DNA of 32,000 bases from Opitutales bacterium (GTDB lineage: Bacteria; Verrucomicrobiota; Verrucomicrobiia; Opitutales; UBA9783). The stretch is from positions 1 through 32,000 of the forward strand of contig JAKSVZ010000003.1 in assembly GCA_024407725.1 (NCBI GenBank), written 5' to 3'. Of the stretch, positions 25,043 through 32,000 are shown in pieces (the stretch's first letter is position 1; every line of letters starts with the position of its first letter). The notes under the pieces were generated by a model. That model searched no databases and was not told where the DNA came from. It was given only the letters and a program-made list of their open reading frames with translations. The position numbers and the translations under genes are program-made.

Positions 25043-25696
25043 TTACATGCTGTAACGTAAACCCAAATCTACGCTGAACAAACGTCCTTTGGAGAACACA
25101 TGCATATAGCGTAAACGAGCATTAACGTTGAAGTTTTCTGTGATGTTGAATGCAGCACCGAGCATAGCTTGTAAGCCCAAGCCGGTTTTGTCGTAATCAC
25201 AAACCTTACCTTTATCGGTTTTCCCTTCTTCGGTTCCTTTAGCTTCGACGCTAGAAACGCTTAAGCCAGCACCGAGACCTGCAAAGACTTCGAAGTCGCT
25301 TTCGATTTCGTAGTCATAGTAGGCGTTCACCATGAAGTTCATCATGTGACCTTTGAGTTCGATGTCCTTGTACTTTTTACTATCTTTTTCTATTTCACCC
25401 TTATCGCCTTTGCACTGGGTTAAGTTAAATTCGAATCCAAAGCGGAAATCGTCAAAAGCATGTACACCAGCTTCAATAGCCAAACCGGGTTTAAACTTTA
25501 GTCCTTCTCCGTCAGATTTTGGTTTACCCATCAAGAAGCGTGCTTCACCGTAAGGACGAAGATCGTTAGTCCAATCAGAGGTTTGAATGACAGCATCCGA
25601 TTCCTCTACAGAAGTAGCTTGTGCTTGATCATCTCCGAATAATGGGCACGCTGCCAACAGACCCATAGGGAGTAATAATTTTAATTTATTCGTCAT
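25043..25696 (-). CDS. Small outer-membrane beta-barrel protein (OmpX/OmpW/opacity-porin-like), possibly lipidated
   Basis: Signal peptide with the lipobox-like LLAAC. Alternating-hydrophobicity strands (FGFEFNL, MNFMVNAYYDY, VFAGLGAGLSV, LQAMLGAAFNI, FSVDLGLRYSM); 217 aa. Confidence 0.7.
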   Translation of the reverse strand: MTNKLKLLLPMGLLAACPLFGDDQAQATSVEESDAVIQTSDWTNDLRPYGEARFLMGKPKSDGEGLKFKPGLAIEAGVHAFDDFRFGFEFNLTQCKGDKGEIEKDSKKYKDIELKGHMMNFMVNAYYDYEIESDFEVFAGLGAGLSVSSVEAKGTEEGKTDKGKVCDYDKTGLGLQAMLGAAFNITENFNVNARLRYMHVFSKGRLFSVDLGLRYSM

Positions 25697-25717
25697 TTTT
25701 TATTCCTTTGAATAATC

Positions 25718-25746
25718 AATTTAAAAAATAGTTAACACTCTGTCAA
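25718..25746 (-). promoter_or_regulatory. Sigma-70-like promoter candidate for the OMP gene
   Basis: Minus strand reads TTGACA (25746-25741, consensus -35), a 17-nt spacer, then TAAATT (25723-25718). An AAAGGAA SD-like element and the ATG (25696) lie about 21 nt further on. It sits in an AT-rich divergent intergenic region. Confidence 0.45.
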
Positions 25747-25859
25747 GAATTTTACTGTATCTTACACTGACCTTTTGGGGGAAAGCAAAGTCTTTATTTA
25801 TATTGTTAATACGGTAATAATTTACTTTAATTAATGAAAGTAAGAAAATTGGCAAGCAT

Positions 25860-26522
25860 ATGTTACAAAAACTTAAGGGTTGGTTTGCAGCTGGGGTATT
25901 GATGTTAATGCCCTTAGGGGTTACGTTTTTTGTTATTAAATTTCTGCTGGATAAGGTAGGGCAGCCGGCGAGTGCGTTGTTCTTTGGACGATGGACTCAT
26001 GTGTTTGGGCAGCAATGGATGGGATGGGTTATGGACATCCTAGCGTTTTTGATTGTGATGGCCATTATCACAGCTTTTGGATGGCTATCTAAATTTTTCT
26101 TTGGGCGTTTTTTGCTCTCGATTACCGAAAAGTGTATTAAAGCCATTCCGATTATCAATACCATCTATAAAACGGTGCAACAGATCGTTGAAACGATCGG
26201 GAAAAATAAAAAAGCGGTCTTTCAACAGGCGGTGTTGGTACCGTTCCCGAGTCAGGGTTTGTATTCCATTGGTTTTTTAACCAACCGCTCAACGGGCGAA
26301 ACGCAAAGCAAAACTGCGGAGGAGGTATATAATGTGTTTGTACCCACAACGCCGAATCCGACTTCTGGCTTTCTTATTATGGTGCCTGAAGCAAAAATGA
26401 TTCGCTTGGATATGTCGGTTGGAGATGCCATTAAATTGATCATTTCGGGCGGTACGGTATCGCCGGAAACCTTACAACAAAAGGTATCAAGCGAAATACA
26501 TTTGGAAGTTAAGCAGAAATAA
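25860..26522 (+). CDS. DUF502 family membrane protein
   Basis: N-terminal TM pair (GVLMLMPLGVTFFVIKFL) and the conserved VPTTPNPTSGFLIMVPE....LDMSVGDAIKLIISGG block typical of DUF502. Confidence 0.75.
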   Translation: MLQKLKGWFAAGVLMLMPLGVTFFVIKFLLDKVGQPASALFFGRWTHVFGQQWMGWVMDILAFLIVMAIITAFGWLSKFFFGRFLLSITEKCIKAIPIINTIYKTVQQIVETIGKNKKAVFQQAVLVPFPSQGLYSIGFLTNRSTGETQSKTAEEVYNVFVPTTPNPTSGFLIMVPEAKMIRLDMSVGDAIKLIISGGTVSPETLQQKVSSEIHLEVKQK

Positions 26523-26525
26523 GCT

Positions 26526-27224
26526 ATGGTGCGTACGTTTTGGGTATCGGTTCTAGTGGTTGGTGGGTTGCAGTATGCCTTGATGGTCAAGGGGATGCCG
26601 TGGCTCAATAGTTGGATGGAGGTTAAAAGTCAACAGTTCCCCTTTTTGCGATCGTTCTATCCGCGCTTTAAAACAAGATTGTTGGTGCTCTGGGGGGTTA
26701 TTATTGGTTTGATTTTGGCGCAAGCGCTTGCCTTTAATCCAGTAGCTACCCTTTGTAAATCCTTATCGAGCTTCCTGTTGTGTGTGGTGGTTGGCGATGT
26801 TGTGTCTCTGGTGGGTCTGGTAGGATTGGGCTATGCGCTTCAAAACGCAGAAGAAGTGTTTTATCTAGCGCATAAATGGATTAGTGTGTTGAGCATCGTG
26901 GTGGGATTATTGATGGCCATTAACAACCTAGGTTATTCCATTGCGGGCTTATTAACCGCTTTGGGGATTGGAGGTGCTGCGTTGATATTGGCGGCTCAAA
27001 AAACTTTGGCGGATCTATTGAGTGCCGTTTCGTTTGTATTAACCCGTCCGTTCCATGAGGGGGATTGGATTGTGGTGGGAACTAAGGCGGCTGGTCGCGT
27101 CGAATCGGTAGGTTTGCGTTTAACCCGAGTGCGTACGAAAGAAGGCACCATTGTTTACATTCCGAATCATTTAATTGCATCGGAATGCGTTGAAAACAAA
27201 GGGAATACGGTAGATCAAGCATGA
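26526..27224 (+). CDS. MscS-family mechanosensitive channel-like protein, C-terminally short
   Basis: TM helices followed by the pore-helix/beta-domain signature LLTALGIGGAALILAAQKTLADLLS...RPFHEGDWIVVG...GRVESVGLRLTRVRTKEGTIVYIPNHLIASECVEN. The ORF ends about 10 aa later (232 aa), ATGA-overlapping nrnA. Confidence 0.7.
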   Translation: MVRTFWVSVLVVGGLQYALMVKGMPWLNSWMEVKSQQFPFLRSFYPRFKTRLLVLWGVIIGLILAQALAFNPVATLCKSLSSFLLCVVVGDVVSLVGLVGLGYALQNAEEVFYLAHKWISVLSIVVGLLMAINNLGYSIAGLLTALGIGGAALILAAQKTLADLLSAVSFVLTRPFHEGDWIVVGTKAAGRVESVGLRLTRVRTKEGTIVYIPNHLIASECVENKGNTVDQA

Positions 27225-28198
27225 CGTTTTTAAGTCAATTACGTCAGCAGTTTACGGATAAAAAGCCCGTTTATATCGTTACGCATGAACGAGCGGATGG
27301 GGATGGCATTGGTAGTCAAATTGCCTTAACGCTTTACCTAAATCGTTTCGGGATTGAGGCTTATTGTTTACAATCGGAGCCCTTATCGGATGCCTATGCT
27401 TCGTTTTTAACTGGGGTTCCTGTGTGCGCCTTATCGGAGCACAAAGCGGATGCGTATTGGGTTGCTGTGGATTGTGGAAATCCGACGCGGGTAGCGCCCG
27501 AATTACGTTCGTTTACCTACATAGCGGTTATAGATCATCATCCGATAGAGGAGCCTTGGGTCGAACGTTGCTGGATCCATCCGGAACGCTCTTCTAACTG
27601 TGAACTGTTGCTGGATTTGTTCTTGGAGGATGGGTATCGTTTGGATCATCCGGCTATCAACCATGCATTGTACATGGGGATTTTAACGGATACGGGTAGT
27701 TTTTCTCATAATAATGTGACTGCGGATACGTTTGTTTGTGCGGAACGCTTAGTGCGCGCGGGGGTACAGCCTTATCGCATTATCCAAAAATTATTTCAAA
27801 ACAAGACCTTAGACCAATTTCAACTGTATCGTTTGTACTTAAAACGTTTGCGTTTGTATGAATCGGGGACGATTGCAGTAGCGCGCTTAGATGCTTCGGA
27901 TTATGTCAAAACCCATACGGAGCGCATGCACACAGAGGGGTTTGTCAATCAGCCGTTGGGGTTAAAGCAAACCAAGATTTCGATTTTTGTTGAAACGAAT
28001 CCGACCTACGTAAAGGTGAGTTTGCGTTCGATAGATCCGGTGTTTCCGGTTAATGCAGTGGCGAAATTATGGGGAGGTTTTGGCCATGTGTGCGCAGCGG
28101 GTTTTAAGTGCTCTCCTGCGCAATTTTCCTTAAGGCGTTTGGTTCGCGCGTGTGCCCGTTGTATTCAGGATGCGCATGAGGCTGACAATAACCTATGA
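27221..28198 (+). CDS. nrnA: DHH/DHHA1 phosphoesterase (NrnA-like oligoribonuclease / pAp phosphatase)
   Basis: IVTHERADGDGIGS, VIDHHP (DHH motif), GILTDTGSF, and DHHA1 GGFGHVCAAGF. It sits upstream of truB, as in the common rbfA-nrnA-truB arrangement. Confidence 0.8.
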   Translation: MTFLSQLRQQFTDKKPVYIVTHERADGDGIGSQIALTLYLNRFGIEAYCLQSEPLSDAYASFLTGVPVCALSEHKADAYWVAVDCGNPTRVAPELRSFTYIAVIDHHPIEEPWVERCWIHPERSSNCELLLDLFLEDGYRLDHPAINHALYMGILTDTGSFSHNNVTADTFVCAERLVRAGVQPYRIIQKLFQNKTLDQFQLYRLYLKRLRLYESGTIAVARLDASDYVKTHTERMHTEGFVNQPLGLKQTKISIFVETNPTYVKVSLRSIDPVFPVNAVAKLWGGFGHVCAAGFKCSPAQFSLRRLVRACARCIQDAHEADNNL

Positions 28199-28938
28199 TG
28201 TCCATTGATTCCCCCAAACCTATTTCTCGGGCTACTCCTTGTGTAGCGGATGGCATTCTGTTGATTGATAAGCCGTTGGGATGCACCTCGTTTGATGTGA
28301 TTCGCAAATTGCGACGGGTGTGTGGGTTTAAGAAGATTGGGCATGCAGGGACTTTAGATCCATTGGCAACGGGTTTGTTGGTAATTTTGTTAGGGAAAGC
28401 CACGCGGTGTTCCCAAAGGTTAATGTGTGGACGAAAAACCTATGAAGGAACCATCCGTTTGGGGGTTGAAACCAGTACGTACGACCGCGAAGGGGAGGTG
28501 GTGAGCACTATTTCCATTGATGGCTTGACCGATGAGGCTATCCAAACGACCCTCCAAACGTTTTTGGGGGATCAGTATCAGTATCCGCCTATGTTTTCCG
28601 CCAAAAAAATCAATGGGGTGCCTTTGTATAAATTGGCGCGTAAGGGTCAGACAGTTGAACGGGTGCCTAATTTTATCACCATTTTTCAATGTGAATTGTT
28701 GCGGTATGCAGCACCGGATGCGGTTGTTAAGGTTTGTTGTTCAAAAGGAACCTACATTCGGTCGTTAGCGCACGATTTAGGGAAAAAGCTTGGGGTTGGG
28801 GGGCATCTGTTGGAGTTAAGGCGCCTTCAAAGCGGTAGTTTTTCGGTAGATCAAGCGGTACCGTTGCAAGCTATTTTGGATGAACCTAATGGGTGGCGTT
28901 CGCACTTAATTCCTTATGATGCCTTATTAACCCCTTAA
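28195..28938 (+). CDS. truB: tRNA pseudouridine-55 synthase TruB
   Basis: GILLIDKPLGCTSFDV...KIGHAGTLDPLATGLLVILLGKATR (catalytic Asp motif), YPPMFSAKKINGVPLY, GTYIRSLAHDLG. Confidence 0.92.
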   Translation: MMSIDSPKPISRATPCVADGILLIDKPLGCTSFDVIRKLRRVCGFKKIGHAGTLDPLATGLLVILLGKATRCSQRLMCGRKTYEGTIRLGVETSTYDREGEVVSTISIDGLTDEAIQTTLQTFLGDQYQYPPMFSAKKINGVPLYKLARKGQTVERVPNFITIFQCELLRYAAPDAVVKVCCSKGTYIRSLAHDLGKKLGVGGHLLELRRLQSGSFSVDQAVPLQAILDEPNGWRSHLIPYDALLTP

Positions 28939-28942
28939 ATTG

Positions 28943-29740
28943 ATGGAATTTACCCCTCCTATTCATTTGGTTATCGGAAACTTTGACGGGGTTCATGTGG
29001 GGCATCAGACCTTGATTCGCATGGCCTGCAACCAAGCTCATGCGTTGGGGCAATCCGTGGTTGTGTATACCTTTAATCCTCATCCGCGCCAAATCATTCC
29101 AGAAGCCCCTAAGCTTCAACTGATTTATTCGGTGCAGGAGCGTTGTACCTTGTTGCGGCAATTGGGCTGCGATTCTATTTGGGTGCAGACGTTTACAAAT
29201 CAGTTGCGCTTGCAAACCCCAGAACAGTTTTTGCAAGCCATCCAGCAGGTGTTTCCAACCTTAGCGGCTGTTTATGTTGGGGATCAGTTTCGTTTTGGTT
29301 ATCGCCAACAGGGGGATGTACATACCTTACAGGATTTGTGTGAGCAAACGAAGAACGTTCGTTTGTGCGTTTGTCCTTCGGTATTTGATGCGGCAGGAAG
29401 GATTTGCAGTACGCGCATTCGGGCTGCATTGCAACAGGGGCAGCTGTCGGAAGCGAATCGTTTATTGGGTCAACCGTATCATCGGTATGGGAAGGTGGTG
29501 TCAGACGGCAGTAACGGCTATGCTTTTGTGCTTGGAAATCCGGAAGGCGAACCAACAGGAGAGGTTCCAACCAATGGTTGTTTGTTGAAAGCGGGGAGCT
29601 ATGTCGGGCATTTTGATTGCCAACAACAGCAGATGCGGGTTAGGATTCAAGTGCACTCGGATCAACGGATTGGTTTGTTGGATTGCAATCCTGTGAACTT
29701 AAACTCGTTAGGGGTCTTGGTGTTTGATGATTCACAGTAA
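28943..29740 (+). CDS. ribF: FAD synthetase RibF with a degenerate or shortened riboflavin-kinase half
   Basis: ATG 28943 is preferred over the track's TTG 28940. The N-terminal FMN adenylyltransferase domain is intact (VIGNFDGVHVGHQTLI, YTFNPHP, STRIR). The C-terminal region after LLGQPY lacks the PTAN-type and LEVH..DLYG motifs. Confidence 0.8.
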   Translation: MEFTPPIHLVIGNFDGVHVGHQTLIRMACNQAHALGQSVVVYTFNPHPRQIIPEAPKLQLIYSVQERCTLLRQLGCDSIWVQTFTNQLRLQTPEQFLQAIQQVFPTLAAVYVGDQFRFGYRQQGDVHTLQDLCEQTKNVRLCVCPSVFDAAGRICSTRIRAALQQGQLSEANRLLGQPYHRYGKVVSDGSNGYAFVLGNPEGEPTGEVPTNGCLLKAGSYVGHFDCQQQQMRVRIQVHSDQRIGLLDCNPVNLNSLGVLVFDDSQ

Positions 29741-31182
29741 TGCGTTACCCGCTGGGCTATTTTGGCTTCGTATGCATCTTAACCTTAATAGGTGCCTGCG
29801 GGTGGTTGATGGCTATGCCTTGGAGCCATTGGCTCGTGTATGGGGTAGCCTGTGTCTTTTTTATTCTTTATACGCGCATCCGGATTTGTTCTTGGCGTTT
29901 TGTCATCAGTTTGGCCTTAAGCTTGATGGCGGCGTGCTACATGATTTATGAATGCCGTCATCCGCAGGGGAAAGCGCGTCATGTACAGGGAGTATTTCAA
30001 TTCGAAAAGCAATTTCGTACGCGGGATACCCGCATCGGAGGATTTGGGCAATTAACGCTAGAAGATGGACAGAAACTGAGGCTTTATGTCCATGCTTCCA
30101 ATCGCCGGAAAACCGTTATTAACGCTGACGATTATTATCGTTTTTCAGGCTACATAAAGCCGTTGCTCAATCCCTTCAAAAGTTCGCAAAATTTTTCGTT
30201 TTATCTTTGGTCTCGTTTTATCCGTTGGCACACGTCTAAAGCACAATTTTATCCCCTAGAGGTTCAACCGCCAATGTCGTGGATCAATCGATGCCGCCAA
30301 ACGTTCTTTAACGCTCTTACTACGCGTGATGTTACGTTATCCCATATCTACCGCGCGATTTTAATGGGGAAGAAAGAGGGAGTTTCTAAAGAGCAGTTAA
30401 ATCACTTTTTCTATACGGGAACGATGCATTTATTTGCCGTAAGCGGTTTGCATGTAGGGGTGGTGAGCGCATTTTTGTTTTTCGTGGGTCGCTTGTTCTT
30501 CTTGCCGTTCTGTATCCGTTGGTTGCTAACAAGCGGAGGGGTGTTGTTATATGGAACCATCGTGGGATGGAGCCCGTCTACGCTGCGTGCTACCTTGATG
30601 GTTGGTTTTGTCTTATTAGCCCAGTTGGTTTCACGACCTATTAAAGGCGTTAATACCTTCTTTAACACGATGGGATTAACGCTGCTGCTAAATCCATTTG
30701 AACTGTGGGATGTAGGTTTCCAACTCTCTTATGGAACGGTTGCGAGCATCTTATGCATTGGGGTTCCGTTATCCAATTGGTATGCGCGTAAGCGTCATCA
30801 TGCCTCCAATTGGCAACTGTCGTGCATTGTTTCTTTTTGCGCGAGTGCGATGAGCAGCTTATTTTCGATTTATTATTGGAATCTATTCAGTCCATGGGCG
30901 TTTGTGGCTAATTTGTTTTTGATTCCCTTAGCCAGCGTTATTGTTGTTACGGGAATGGTATCATGGGGACTGTATTGCATCCTGCCGATCAGTGTAACAG
31001 CGGTTGAGTGGATGGCCTATGGATGCTTATGGATTTTGCTGAAAAGCGTAGATTTTTTGGAACATTTGCCTTTTGCCATTTGTAAAATTTCCATGACACA
31101 GACCCTGTTTTGGACTGCTTTATTTTTATTTATGTGCGTTACCGCAAAGCCTTTAAAGGAAAGCCCATTAAATCGTAGATAA
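29740..31182 (+). CDS. comEC: ComEC/Rec2 family DNA internalisation channel protein (no beta-lactamase domain)
   Basis: N-terminal TM plus OB-like region, and a competence domain with FFYTGTMHLFAVSGLHVGVV and a polytopic C-terminal half; 480 aa. TAATG overlap with ribF. Confidence 0.8.
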   Translation: MRYPLGYFGFVCILTLIGACGWLMAMPWSHWLVYGVACVFFILYTRIRICSWRFVISLALSLMAACYMIYECRHPQGKARHVQGVFQFEKQFRTRDTRIGGFGQLTLEDGQKLRLYVHASNRRKTVINADDYYRFSGYIKPLLNPFKSSQNFSFYLWSRFIRWHTSKAQFYPLEVQPPMSWINRCRQTFFNALTTRDVTLSHIYRAILMGKKEGVSKEQLNHFFYTGTMHLFAVSGLHVGVVSAFLFFVGRLFFLPFCIRWLLTSGGVLLYGTIVGWSPSTLRATLMVGFVLLAQLVSRPIKGVNTFFNTMGLTLLLNPFELWDVGFQLSYGTVASILCIGVPLSNWYARKRHHASNWQLSCIVSFCASAMSSLFSIYYWNLFSPWAFVANLFLIPLASVIVVTGMVSWGLYCILPISVTAVEWMAYGCLWILLKSVDFLEHLPFAICKISMTQTLFWTALFLFMCVTAKPLKESPLNRR

Positions 31183-31239
31183 TTTTTAAAAAATTTTGCT
31201 TTTTTGAAGTAAAAATTCATAGTATGATGATGTAAATCA

Positions 31240-32000
31240 ATGTTTGACATTCGTATTGATAAAGTAACCCAACGCTTTGGAGATAGTGTGGCGTTGGATC
31301 AAGTATCGTTAGAGATTCGTTCGGGGGAGTTGTTCTTTTTGCTAGGAACCAGCGGTTGTGGCAAAACAACTTTGCTGCGTTTATTGGCAGGATTTTTGGC
31401 CCCGAAATCGGGGCATATTTATTTCAACGACCGAGATGTGTCGAAAATGCCTCCGTATAAGCGTAAAATTGCCATGGTGTTTCAAAATTATGCGCTGTGG
31501 CCTCATATGACGGTATTTCAAAACATTGCCTTTGGGTTGCAGCAAAAGAAGTTACCGAAAGCCGAAATTAATGCGCGGGTACAAGAAATGTTGGAGATGG
31601 TGCACATGGAAGGATGTGTGTCGCGCAAACCCAACGAGCTTTCAGGAGGGCAACAGCAGCGAGTAGCGTTAGCAAGAGCCTTGGCTACGCGTCCACAATG
31701 TCTTTTGTTGGATGAACCTTTGTCTAATTTGGATGCAAAGTTGCGGATTGAAATGCGTTCGGAAATCCGTCGCATTTGTAAGGAGTCGCAAGTAACAGCG
31801 GTTTATGTAACGCATGATCAAGCGGAAGCCTTATCGATAGCCGATCGTATTGCGGTTTTGTCAAAAGGTAAGGTGGAGCAAATTGGTGTGCCGATTGATG
31901 TCTATAAGCATCCACGTAACCGATTTGTGGCGCATTTTTTGGGTGAAACTAATTTTGTTCCTGGAACGGTATTGAAAAACCAGTCGGGAGAACCGCTTCC
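31240..32000 (+). CDS. ABC transporter ATP-binding protein, PotA/FbpC/CysA-like importer ATPase (partial, runs off the window end)
   Basis: Not in the ORF track because there is no in-window stop. ATG 31240. Walker A GTSGCGKTT, Q-loop VFQNYALWPHMTV, signature LSGGQQQRVALARAL, Walker B LLLDEPLSNLD, H-loop YVTHDQ, then the HPRNRFVAHFLG linker. Confidence 0.85.
   Translation, partial: MFDIRIDKVTQRFGDSVALDQVSLEIRSGELFFLLGTSGCGKTTLLRLLAGFLAPKSGHIYFNDRDVSKMPPYKRKIAMVFQNYALWPHMTVFQNIAFGLQQKKLPKAEINARVQEMLEMVHMEGCVSRKPNELSGGQQQRVALARALATRPQCLLLDEPLSNLDAKLRIEMRSEIRRICKESQVTAVYVTHDQAEALSIADRIAVLSKGKVEQIGVPIDVYKHPRNRFVAHFLGETNFVPGTVLKNQSGEPL

Noticed and set aside
25775-25804. TTGGGG-18-TATATT as the promoter for the DUF502 gene.
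   Set aside because: The -35 match is weak (3 of 6) in a generally AT-rich region where TATA-like hexamers occur by chance. It is left uncalled.

Overview
This is a gene-dense, almost entirely housekeeping chromosomal segment from a diderm bacterium (BamA, Skp, LpxD and LPS genes are present). GC content looks mid-40s % by eye; I did not compute it. I call 37 protein-coding genes (two partial at the window edges), one tRNA-Thr(CGU), two intrinsic terminators, one promoter candidate and one intragenic tandem repeat.

Gene order:
- Tandem GT8 glycosyltransferases and a WaaL-like ligase, convergent with miaB.
- A roughly 17-kb co-directional block: rplY(ctc)-pth-rpsF-ssb-rplI-dnaB-bamA-skp-lpxD-prs-tRNA-small basic ORF-efp-rnhC-thyA-folA-LysM lipoprotein-ftsW-murG-GspF-like.
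- On the minus strand: OMP, sufC-sufB-sufD-sufT, an M50 protease and a small exported ORF.
- On the plus strand: DUF502, a short MscS-like gene, nrnA-truB-ribF-comEC and the start of a PotA-like ABC ATPase.

The synteny blocks (ctc-pth-rpsF, bamA-skp-lpxD, ftsW-murG, truB-ribF), RNase HIII and the small basic ORF suggest a PVC-superphylum organism (Chlamydiae, Verrucomicrobia or Lentisphaerae-like). That is inference only.

I see no CRISPR array, IS or transposase, integrase, prophage, toxin-antitoxin, restriction-modification or recognisable defence genes. I do not find a convincing novel multi-gene system.

The most unusual items, none scored above 0.45:
- An untracked 52-aa basic ORF wedged between tRNA-Thr and an Arg-type EF-P.
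- An orphan GspF/PilC-like platform gene appended to a LysM-ftsW-murG unit.
- rpsR missing from the rpsF-ssb-rplI cluster.
- Several domain-reduced proteins: short SufD, an MscS lacking its C-terminal domain, a RibF with a degenerate kinase half, and a ComEC without a beta-lactamase domain.
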